A program made the position numbers and the translations under genes. A stretch of DNA of 64,000 nt from Gemmatimonadota bacterium (GTDB lineage: Bacteria > Gemmatimonadota > Gemmatimonadetes > Palauibacterales > Palauibacteraceae), in the NCBI GenBank assembly GCA_039587755.1, contig JBDHBD010000001.1, positions 199,947 through 263,946 on the forward strand, given 5' to 3'. Within the stretch, counting starts at the first letter, position 1, and each line of letters starts with the position of its first letter. Positions 1-8,084 of the stretch are shown here, piece after piece. The notes under the pieces were generated by a model. The model saw nothing but the letters and a program-made list of their open reading frames with translations. It had not been told where the DNA came from and did not search any database.

Positions 1-1
1 G

Positions 2-280
2 ATAGAGCGGCCGCTGACGAAGCCGGATGATTTCGACCGGTTTGCCGGACAACGCGTCATTTTGCGTGGATTCGGGCCGCTCCGCGGCAGCAGTCGCCAG
101 TTGGAGGGCCGGCTGCTGGGAAGAGTCGGCGACGCGGGTGAGCGAGTGGCGCTGGAGTTGGACGACGGGCGTACGGAGGTGTCGATCGACGCCGTCGCAC
201 GTGCCAAGCTTGTGTACGATTGGGAAGAGAGCCGGGGCGGTTCGGCCGGCAGGAAGCATAAGACCGCGAGACGTAAGTGA
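2..280 (+). CDS. rimP: Ribosome maturation factor RimP, C-terminal fragment (5' end outside window)
   Basis: In-frame ORF running from the window edge to a TGA at 278-280. The translation (...LELDDGRTEVSIDAVARAKLVYDWEE) resembles the RimP C-terminus. It lies immediately upstream of nusA, the conserved rimP-nusA-infB arrangement. Confidence 0.55.
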   Translation: MERPLTKPDDFDRFAGQRVILRGFGPLRGSSRQLEGRLLGRVGDAGERVALELDDGRTEVSIDAVARAKLVYDWEESRGGSAGRKHKTARRK

Positions 281-1800
281 GCGATCAAATTCCTGTAGTT
301 GAAGCGTTTCGTATGATGACGGCAAATAAGTCGTTGTCAGACGAAGAGTTGCACGATCTCATCCGCGAAGGGATCCATGCTGCGCTGGCGCGCCGTTTCG
401 GCGGCCCCGTGGAGGCGGAGATCGAGGTCCATGACGACGGTGACATTAGCATCGTGGTGCTGAAGGAGGTCGTGAAGGACGTCGAAGACCCGGCTCGCCA
501 GATCAGTCTGGAGCAAGCGCGCTGGGATGACGCGGACTTCCAGGAAGGGGATCTGATGGAGATCCCCGTGTCGTTTCGAGAGTTCGGGCGCTCGGCCGTG
601 ATGGCGGCGAAACAGCGGATCATTCAGCGCGTGCGCGAGGGCGAGCGCGAGCGCATTCGTGAGGAGTTCGCAGACCGGGTCGGCGACCTCGTCTCGGGCG
701 AGGTACAGGCGATCGAGCGAGGCAAGATCGTCGTGATGCTGAATCGCGCACGGGAAGCGGAGGCGATCATCCCGTGGCGTGAGCGGAATCCGCGCGAACG
801 GTTCCGGCAAGGCGAACCGATCCGCTGCGTGCTCAAAGAGCTTGAGGAGACCCCGCGCGGCCCACGGCTCATCCTGTCGAGAGCGGCACCCGAGTTCGTC
901 GCCGCGCTGTTCGCGCTCGAAGTGCCGGAGGTGTACCAGACCATCGTTGAAATTCGCGAGATCGTCCGAGAAGCGGGGGGTCGGACGAAGGTCGCGGTGT
1001 CGTCGCGGGATGAGGCGGTCGACCCCGTAGGGGCATGCGTGGGTCTGAAGGGCTCGCGCGTTCAGGCGGTGGTTTCGGAGCTGAGCGGCGAGAGGATCGA
1101 CATCGTGCCCTGGCACCCCGATCCGGAGATCTTCGCGAGACGGGCGCTGGCTCCCGCAAGAGTCTCGAAGGTCATCTCGGACGCGAACCGCCACGTGATC
1201 ACGGCAATCGTGGACGAAGATCAACTTTCGCTTGCGATCGGAAGGAACGGCCAGAACGTGCGGCTCGCGTCACAGCTTATCGGTTGGCAGATCGACCTCT
1301 ACTCCAGTCGGGACTGGGTGGAGCGTGGGGCCGATTCGATCCTGTTCGGTGGCGGAGAAGAGTACGAGATGGTGGATTTTGCGCTGTCCGAGCTGAAGGG
1401 CATCCCGCCGGCGACGCTGGCTGCCCTGGAGGCGGCCGGGATCAGCAGCTTTTTCAACGTGCTGGACCTGTCCCGCGATGACTTCCTGCAAGTTCCGGGA
1501 ATCGGGGCCGAGGAAGCGGATCTGCTCGAGGAGTTGATCGACGAGCTCACGGTTATCGAGGAGAACACCGAGGACCAGGTCGTCGCGCCGTCCAGCGGTT
1601 CGGAGACGGAGCTTCGCGAAGCGCGTTTGAAGGTCGTAGAGGGTGGTGGGGAGACCTCCGAGGTCGGCGAGGAAGGTGATGCAGTGGCCGCGCTGGAGGA
1701 GGAGGACCCTGGCGAGCCGGAGCCGGTGGATGAGGAGCTGGACCTCACCGTGGCCGAGGTCGCTCCCGCGGCGGCCGAGGAAACGGAGGAGCCTGTCTGA
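277..1800 (+). CDS. nusA: Transcription termination/antitermination factor NusA
   Basis: 507-aa ORF with a NusA N-terminus, S1/KH-like core and acidic C-terminal tail. Followed by infB in the conserved order. Confidence 0.95.
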   Translation: MSDQIPVVEAFRMMTANKSLSDEELHDLIREGIHAALARRFGGPVEAEIEVHDDGDISIVVLKEVVKDVEDPARQISLEQARWDDADFQEGDLMEIPVSFREFGRSAVMAAKQRIIQRVREGERERIREEFADRVGDLVSGEVQAIERGKIVVMLNRAREAEAIIPWRERNPRERFRQGEPIRCVLKELEETPRGPRLILSRAAPEFVAALFALEVPEVYQTIVEIREIVREAGGRTKVAVSSRDEAVDPVGACVGLKGSRVQAVVSELSGERIDIVPWHPDPEIFARRALAPARVSKVISDANRHVITAIVDEDQLSLAIGRNGQNVRLASQLIGWQIDLYSSRDWVERGADSILFGGGEEYEMVDFALSELKGIPPATLAALEAAGISSFFNVLDLSRDDFLQVPGIGAEEADLLEELIDELTVIEENTEDQVVAPSSGSETELREARLKVVEGGGETSEVGEEGDAVAALEEEDPGEPEPVDEELDLTVAEVAPAAAEETEEPV

Positions 1801-1802
1801 GC

Positions 1803-2156
1803 ATGGAGCAGCGAGAGCGTTCAGCTGAAGAGGCCGACGCGCTACGCGTGTTGGGTCTTGCCCGGCGTGCCGGGCGGGTGGTGGTAGGCTCGGACGCTGT
1901 GCGAGCTGCCAGCCGGCAGGGCAAGGTGGCGGTGATCGTTGTGGCACGGGATGTGGGCGAGAGCGCGCGTCGCCGTCTGAGGTCGGCGTTGCGGGCCACT
2001 CCCACGTTCGAGTGCGGCACGATGGAGGAACTCGGTGCAGCGGTCGGTCGTGGTCGGGTCGTGGTCGTCGCGGTGACCGATTCCGGTCTCGCGCGTCGTG
2101 CCGTCGACGGCCTGGAGGGTTATCGGCCGGAGAGTCCAGTGCGGGCACGAGCCTGA
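1803..2156 (+). CDS. L7Ae-family ribosomal-protein-like protein (YlxQ-like)
   Basis: 117-aa ORF between nusA and infB. The pattern LGLARRAGRVVVG...GKVAVIVVARDV...C...ELG.AVGR is typical of the L7Ae/YlxQ family found at this locus. Confidence 0.7.
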   Translation: MEQRERSAEEADALRVLGLARRAGRVVVGSDAVRAASRQGKVAVIVVARDVGESARRRLRSALRATPTFECGTMEELGAAVGRGRVVVVAVTDSGLARRAVDGLEGYRPESPVRARA

Positions 2157-2176
2157 GCAGAGCAGGAGGATCGTCG

Positions 2177-4852
2177 GTGTCGACGAAGTTGCGCGTTTAT
2201 GAAGTAGCCGAGGAACTCGGCGTGGAGTCGAGCCAGCTCATCCAGATGCTGCGCGAGATGGATGTACCCGTGCGCAGTCACATGTCGTCGGTTGAGCCGG
2301 ATCAGATTGCACGTCTGCATGCGCGACTGGAGCGAGACCGACGTACGGAGCTGGCGACCGGAACGAGCCGCGTGGCTACCACGCGCCGACGCCGGCGCCG
2401 GCGGCAGCCCAAGGCGATCGGGGAGGCAGCCGCGACAGAGGAGGTGGCGGTCGAAGCTCCGGTGGAGGTGGTGGAGCTGGCAGAAATAGAGCTCGAAGCG
2501 CCGTCGGAAGACCTGGCCGCGATCTCCGAGGAGGAGCTGGTCGCGGAGGAAGCCGAGGTTCCTGAGGAGACCCTGGCTGCCGAGCTCGAAGGGCCGGCGG
2601 TGGGGGAGGTCGTGCCCTCCGAGGAGATCGAAGGAGCCGAAGAAGCCGAGGGAGCCGAAGAGGCACCGGCCCCGGAGGCAGAGATCGAGCCGGAGGTCGA
2701 GGCGCCGCTGACCGAAGAGCATCTGGTTGAGGCCGAGCTCGCGGTGGAGCGGGAAGAGAGAGAGCCGTTCGGGGAGACTCGCCCGACACGAAAGCCGAAG
2801 CCAGCGCGCCGCGATATGCCGGCAGTCCCGACGGCGTCCGCTGCCCCTGGTGGTACGGTCCGAATTCAGGCGGAGGGCTACACGGTCGATGGTCGACGGA
2901 CGTCGCGTCGGCAGCGCCGCAAACGCCGCAGCGTGGATCAGGAGGCGGTCAAAGAGAGCGTCAAGAAGACGCTGGCGTCGATCGAAGCGACACCTCACCG
3001 GAAGCGACGTCGCGATGTGTCCGCGCACGAGGAAGCCGAGCGCGAGCTTCGGGAGCTAGAAGAAGAAGCCGAGACGCAGACTGTTCGGGTCAACGAGTTC
3101 CTTACCGTGGCGGAGCTGGCCGATCTGATCGACGTGTCGCCTCAGCAAGTCATCACGTTCGCGTTCAAGAACCTCGGTCTGATGGTGACCATCAACCAGC
3201 GGCTCGATTTCGATCAGATCGAGCTCATCTGCGAGGCGGCCGGCTACACGGCAATTCGCGAGGAAGGATACGAAGCGGATCTGGCCGAGATCGCCGAGCT
3301 CGAAGACTCGGAAGCGGAGCTGGTGGCCAGGGCGCCGGTCGTCACCGTGATGGGACATGTCGATCACGGGAAGACCTCTCTGCTCGATCTCATCCGCAAG
3401 ACGAACGTCATCGCCGGTGAGGCCGGAGGTATCACGCAGCACATCGGCGCATACGCGGTGATGCTGGATGCCGATCGAACCATCACGTTTCTCGATACAC
3501 CAGGTCACGAGGCCTTCACTGCGATGAGGGCACGCGGCGCGGAAGTCACGGATCTCGTGATCCTGGTCGTCGCGGCTGACGATGCCGTCATGCCGCAGAC
3601 GGTGGAAGCGATCAGCCACGCGCGGAACGCCGGTGTGCCGATGGTGGTGGCGATAAACAAGGTCGATCTTCCGTCCGCCAACGTCGACAGGGTCAAACAG
3701 GAGCTCCTCGCCGAAGAGGTGGTGCTGGAGGAGTTCGGCGGGGAGGTGCTGGCCACTCCTGTCTCGGCCAAGACCGGGGATGGGATCGACGAGTTGCTCG
3801 AGAAGGTGCTTCTGCAGGCCGAGGTGCTTGAGCTGGAGGCCGTACGGGAGGGACCGGCCCAGGGCACGGTCGTGGAGGCGGAGCTGGACCGCGGCCTGGG
3901 ACCGGTGGCCACCGTGCTCGTGCAGCGTGGAACGCTTGCGGTCGGCGATGACTTCGTATGCGGCCTGCAGGGAGGTCGAGTGCGTGCGTTGCTCGATGAG
4001 CGAGGCAACAGCGTACCCCAGGCTGGTCCTTCGACGCCGGTACGTGTGATCGGTCTGGAAGGCGTGCCGCAAGCGGGAGACGCGCTGGTGGAGCTAAGCG
4101 CGGAGCGTGTTCGCGAGATCACGGGCCGCCGACAGCAGCTGGAGCGAGAGAAGGAGCTCCGGCGGCGGGCGCCCGGCACACGCCTGGAGGACATCTTCGA
4201 GCGCATTCAAGCAGGGGAGCAGGCCCGCCTGAATCTGGTGATCAAGGGGGACACCGACGGGTCCGTGCAGGCGCTCCAGGACTCGCTGGAGCGACTCAGT
4301 ACCGATGAGGTCGCGGTTGAGGTGATCCACCGGGCGGTGGGGGGCATCACGGAGTCCGATGTGCTGCTGGCCACCACGAGCGAAGCGCTCATCATCGGCT
4401 TCCACGTTCGCCCGGACGTCAAGGCGCAGGAGGTAGCGGACCGCGAAGGTGTCGAGATCCGCATCTACAACGTGATCTACGAGGCCGTGGAGGACATTCG
4501 TCTGGCGCTGGAGGGCCTGTTGGAGCCCGAGGAGCGCGAGATCACCGTCGGCACAGCTGAGATCCGTGAGCTCTTCCGTGTTCCCAAGGTCGGAACCGTC
4601 GCGGGTTGTTACGTCAGCGCGGGCACCATGCGGCGAAACCTCCCCGTCCACCTGCTTCGCGACCAGGTCCAGATCTACGATGGAAAGATCTTCAGCCTCA
4701 AGCGGTTCAAGGATGACGTGCGCGAGGTACGTGAAGGATACGAGTGTGGCCTCGCCATCGAGGGTTACAACGACATCAAAGTCGGCGACGTGATCGAGTG
4801 CTACGAGGTCCAGGAGTTCGCGCGGACCCTCTCGGGGGAGTCCGCCTCCTGA
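2177..4852 (+). CDS. infB: Translation initiation factor IF-2
   Basis: G-domain motifs (GHVDHGKTSLLD, DTPGHEAF, NKVD) and a C-terminal beta-barrel. A GTG at 2177 is preceded by GGAGGA (2164-2169). The N-terminal region is acidic E/A-rich low complexity. The longer ORF from 2012 is rejected as the start. Confidence 0.93.
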   Translation: MSTKLRVYEVAEELGVESSQLIQMLREMDVPVRSHMSSVEPDQIARLHARLERDRRTELATGTSRVATTRRRRRRRQPKAIGEAAATEEVAVEAPVEVVELAEIELEAPSEDLAAISEEELVAEEAEVPEETLAAELEGPAVGEVVPSEEIEGAEEAEGAEEAPAPEAEIEPEVEAPLTEEHLVEAELAVEREEREPFGETRPTRKPKPARRDMPAVPTASAAPGGTVRIQAEGYTVDGRRTSRRQRRKRRSVDQEAVKESVKKTLASIEATPHRKRRRDVSAHEEAERELRELEEEAETQTVRVNEFLTVAELADLIDVSPQQVITFAFKNLGLMVTINQRLDFDQIELICEAAGYTAIREEGYEADLAEIAELEDSEAELVARAPVVTVMGHVDHGKTSLLDLIRKTNVIAGEAGGITQHIGAYAVMLDADRTITFLDTPGHEAFTAMRARGAEVTDLVILVVAADDAVMPQTVEAISHARNAGVPMVVAINKVDLPSANVDRVKQELLAEEVVLEEFGGEVLATPVSAKTGDGIDELLEKVLLQAEVLELEAVREGPAQGTVVEAELDRGLGPVATVLVQRGTLAVGDDFVCGLQGGRVRALLDERGNSVPQAGPSTPVRVIGLEGVPQAGDALVELSAERVREITGRRQQLEREKELRRRAPGTRLEDIFERIQAGEQARLNLVIKGDTDGSVQALQDSLERLSTDEVAVEVIHRAVGGITESDVLLATTSEALIIGFHVRPDVKAQEVADREGVEIRIYNVIYEAVEDIRLALEGLLEPEEREITVGTAEIRELFRVPKVGTVAGCYVSAGTMRRNLPVHLLRDQVQIYDGKIFSLKRFKDDVREVREGYECGLAIEGYNDIKVGDVIECYEVQEFARTLSGESAS

Positions 4853-4912
4853 TCGCCACCCGGGCCGGCGCGAGGGCGACGGGCGTCGACGGCAATAAGA
4901 GCGGCAGCGAAG

Positions 4913-5197
4913 ATGGCAGTTGTTGGAGTCGTGCGGTGGGTCCTTCACTTGCCTGGCTGCGACTCGCTGAAAGCGAAGCGCGCCGTTGTTCGAAGCCTGC
5001 GAGACCTGTTGATCAACAAGCACCACGTCTCGGCGGCGGAAACCGACTTCCACGATCGCTGGCAAAAGACGGAGCTATGGGCGGCACTGGTCGCCACGGA
5101 CCGGCGCTACGCCGAGAAGGTGATTTCCCGGCTCGACCGCTCCATTTCAGCCGACCCCCGCGCCCACGTGATCGAGCGCGAGACCGTCTTCTATTGA
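4913..5197 (+). CDS. DUF503-family protein (YlxP-like)
   Basis: 94-aa ORF in the conserved slot between infB and rbfA. Its size and position match the YlxP/DUF503 family. Confidence 0.7.
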   Translation: MAVVGVVRWVLHLPGCDSLKAKRAVVRSLRDLLINKHHVSAAETDFHDRWQKTELWAALVATDRRYAEKVISRLDRSISADPRAHVIERETVFY

Positions 5198-5225
5198 GCC
5201 CCGTCAGCCGGGGCACACGCCCAGC

Positions 5226-5594
5226 ATGAGCCAACAGAGGACCGCACGGCTGAACGAACTTCTTCGCAGAGAGCTCTCTCGACTGATCCGACGTGAGCTG
5301 AAGGATCCGCGTGTTCGCACCGCCACCGTGACCGATGTGGTCGCCGCACCGGACCTCACGCACGCCACCGTCTACATCCGAACGTTGGACGAAGAAGTCC
5401 CGGCCGAGCAGGCAGTGGAGGGTCTCGTGAGCGCGTCCGGATTCATGCGGCGTCGCCTCGGCAAGCAGCTTCGTCTCAGGCGGGTGCCGGAGTTCCACTT
5501 CGAGGTGGACCACACGCTGGAGCGTGCCAGTCGAATCGAACAACTGTTGGCAGAGACGCAGCAGGATCGACCCGATGAGCCAGGTTCCGTCTGA
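5226..5594 (+). CDS. rbfA: Ribosome-binding factor A
   Basis: 122 aa; the N-terminus RLNELLRRELSRLI is typical of RbfA. It sits downstream of infB. Confidence 0.9.
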   Translation: MSQQRTARLNELLRRELSRLIRRELKDPRVRTATVTDVVAAPDLTHATVYIRTLDEEVPAEQAVEGLVSASGFMRRRLGKQLRLRRVPEFHFEVDHTLERASRIEQLLAETQQDRPDEPGSV

Positions 5595-6498
5595 CGGTGG
5601 CCTCCTGCTCGTGGACAAGCAGGAGGGGCCGACCTCACACAATGTCGTCGCAAGCGCGCGGTTGGCCATCGGCCTGCGCCGGATCGGTCACGCAGGGAGC
5701 CTTGATCCGTTCGCCACGGGGCTCCTCCTTCTGCTCGTGGGCCGGGCCACGAGGCTCGTCCAGTACTTCCACATGCTCGACAAGCGGTACAGCGCCGCGC
5801 TGATACTTGGTGTGGAAACCGATACCCATGACAACACGGGAGACGTCAGCAGGCGCAGCGAAGTCTGGCGACAGGTTTCGGAGGACGGGCTTCGCGACGC
5901 GCTTCGCTCGCTTACCGGCCAGACGCTTCAGCGTCCTCCCGCCTTCTCGGCCAAACAGGTCGCGGGTCAAAGGGCGCACCGTGCCGCCCGAGCGGGTGAA
6001 GAGGTCCAACTGGAGGCCGTTCCGGTGACGGTTGCTCGTCTCGAGCTCACCGGATTTCGGCCTCCCGTGGTCGAGGTCGAGGCAGACGTGTCGACAGGGA
6101 CGTACGTGCGCGCCCTGGCGCGTGACCTGGGGCGCGCCCTGGGCTGCGGAGCACACCTCACGGCGCTCAGGCGGACAGCAATCGGTCCCTTCGGGGTCGG
6201 CGATGCGTGGCCGGGCGACCGGCTCGCGTCCGTCCCTCTCGAAGTGCCCCATTGGCGTTCGCCCGGTGAGGCACTCGATTGGCTGCCGTGGCGCCAGCTC
6301 GAGGCCTCCGAGCTCGCGCACGTGCGGGAAGGCCGGAGGATACCCGCCGAAGATATTCACTGGCCGGCCCAGCGACCCGTCGGGTCCGAGGGTGACGCCG
6401 AGGTGCCGGTGGTCCTGATGGCGGGCGACCGTCTCATCGCGATCGCCCAACGTCAGGCGGCGGAGTTGCAGCCCCGCAAGGTCCTTTCGAAGGACTGA
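5575..6498 (+). CDS. truB: tRNA pseudouridine(55) synthase TruB
   Basis: Motifs LLLVDKQEGPTSH and GHAGSLDPFATGLLLL (catalytic Asp region). The start ATG at 5575 overlaps the rbfA 3' end. Confidence 0.9.
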   Translation: MSQVPSDGGLLLVDKQEGPTSHNVVASARLAIGLRRIGHAGSLDPFATGLLLLLVGRATRLVQYFHMLDKRYSAALILGVETDTHDNTGDVSRRSEVWRQVSEDGLRDALRSLTGQTLQRPPAFSAKQVAGQRAHRAARAGEEVQLEAVPVTVARLELTGFRPPVVEVEADVSTGTYVRALARDLGRALGCGAHLTALRRTAIGPFGVGDAWPGDRLASVPLEVPHWRSPGEALDWLPWRQLEASELAHVREGRRIPAEDIHWPAQRPVGSEGDAEVPVVLMAGDRLIAIAQRQAAELQPRKVLSKD

Positions 6499-6509
6499 CG
6501 ATTCTGGAG

Positions 6510-7466
6510 ATGCGGGACGTGTCCGTCGATCCGGAATCACGAGGTGGTCTTCCGCCGACGGTGAACGGCACGGTGGTTACGGTCGGGACGTTCGACGGGG
6601 TGCATCTCGGTCACCAGGCGATCCTCAAGGAGATCGAGCAGCGAGCCAAGTCGCGCCACCTGCACAGCGTGCTGCTCACGTTCGATCGACATCCGCTTTC
6701 GGTGGTGCGTCCGGATGATGCACCACATCGGCTCACTACTCCGAACGAGAAGAAAGAGATACTGGCGCAGTTCGGGCTGGACTACGTGGCCTTTCTTCCG
6801 TTCACGAGGGCCCTGGCCCGTCATACGCCGGAGCAATACGTGCGCGAAGTGCTGGTCCGTCGATTGCAGGCCCGCGAGCTGGTCATCGGATACGACCACG
6901 GATTCGGACGGTCGCGCTCGGGCGACTTTCGCACCCTGCAGGTCCTTGGTCACCGATTCGGCTTCGACGTCGACGTCGTCGCGGAAGTGATCGTCCAGGG
7001 AGCCGTCGTATCGTCCACGAGGATCCGATCGCTTCTACTCGACGGTCGGACCGAAGAGGCATCCCGCGCGTTGGGTCGTCCTTACTCGCTGCGGGGCACC
7101 GTTGTCCAGGGGATGGGACGGGGGCATTCGCTCGGGTTCCCGACGGCGAACCTCGTGCCGACTGGTGATCAGAAGCTCATCCCCAGAGACGGGATCTACG
7201 CGGTCCGGGCGAGTCTGCGAACAGAGATCCGTGACGGTCTTCTGCACCTGGGACCGCGACCGACGTTCCCGGGCTCACCGCCGTCGATGGAGCTCTATCT
7301 GCTGGACTTCGAGCGACAGATCTACGGCGAAGAGGTGCAGGTCGAGTTCCGCTCGCGTCTGCGCGACGTGCGACCCTTCGCTTCGGCGAGCGAGCTGGTG
7401 GAGCAGATGGACCGGGACCGCGAGATGGCGCTGGCGTTCTTCAAGAATCCCGGCCTTGCGAGGTAG
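6510..7466 (+). CDS. ribF: Bifunctional riboflavin kinase / FMN adenylyltransferase
   Basis: The motif GTFDGVHLGHQ is the FAD synthetase nucleotidyltransferase motif. The C-terminal half is riboflavin-kinase-like. Confidence 0.9.
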   Translation: MRDVSVDPESRGGLPPTVNGTVVTVGTFDGVHLGHQAILKEIEQRAKSRHLHSVLLTFDRHPLSVVRPDDAPHRLTTPNEKKEILAQFGLDYVAFLPFTRALARHTPEQYVREVLVRRLQARELVIGYDHGFGRSRSGDFRTLQVLGHRFGFDVDVVAEVIVQGAVVSSTRIRSLLLDGRTEEASRALGRPYSLRGTVVQGMGRGHSLGFPTANLVPTGDQKLIPRDGIYAVRASLRTEIRDGLLHLGPRPTFPGSPPSMELYLLDFERQIYGEEVQVEFRSRLRDVRPFASASELVEQMDRDREMALAFFKNPGLAR

Positions 7467-7560
7467 ACTTTACAGGTGCTGTAACCGCGAATATTATTGA
7501 CGATTACATTTGGAGGAGGCAGAGGGCGCGCGACCAACGGTCGCGACGGAGAGCGGCGAC

Positions 7561-7824
7561 GTGGAGAAGCAGAGAAAACAAGATCTGATCGAGCAGTTCG
7601 GGCGAGGTGACAACGATCACGGCTCCGAGTCCGTGCAGGTAGCCCTGCTGACGGAGCGCATTCAGGAGCTGACGGACCACTTTCGCACCCATCCCAAGGA
7701 TCATCACAGCAGACGCGGCCTGCTCAAGATGGTGGGACGTCGGCGGCGCTTGCTAAATTACCTCCGCAAGAAGGACGTGGAGCGGTATCGCTGGTTGATC
7801 GAAGAGCTGGGCCTCCGACGCTGA
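7561..7824 (+). CDS. rpsO: 30S ribosomal protein S15
   Basis: Aligns with E. coli S15 ([30 protein letters not shown]). The GTG at 7561 gives an ~88-aa protein, preceded by GGAGAG. The TTG at 7510 is an alternative start. Confidence 0.88.
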   Translation: MEKQRKQDLIEQFGRGDNDHGSESVQVALLTERIQELTDHFRTHPKDHHSRRGLLKMVGRRRRLLNYLRKKDVERYRWLIEELGLRR

Positions 7825-8009
7825 CGCGGGACCGGCACTTGGAGCGGAATCCGCCGATCTTCCCTCCGCCTGGGCCGTTCAACGGACCCACCGACCATGG
7901 CAGAACAGAGCGCGCACCTGGAGCCCTCGGGGCGAACCGGGCGCGTGCCCGCACGCTGGACCCGCCGGGACTTACCCGGCGCCGTGCTTGTGACGCCCCC
8001 GATCTCCGG

Positions 8010-8026
8010 ACCGCCGTGACGGCGGT
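8010..8026 (+). promoter_or_regulatory. Stable 7-bp GC hairpin (ACCGCCG-tga-CGGCGGT) in the rpsO-pnp intergenic leader
   Basis: Perfect inverted repeat in the 240-bp rpsO-pnp spacer with no following U-tract. pnp leaders classically carry an RNase III-processed stem-loop used for autoregulation. Confidence 0.35.
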
Positions 8027-8084
8027 GGGATCGCGGGCGCCTGACAACGACTGTTTGTAAGAAAGATTGCAAGAGAGAAGAGAG

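Noticed and set aside
2012-2176. 5' extension of the infB ORF overlapping the L7Ae-like gene
   Set aside because: The extension is Arg/Ser-rich and non-conserved. A GTG with a GGAGGA RBS at 2177 gives a canonical IF-2 N-terminus (STKLRVYEVAEELG).
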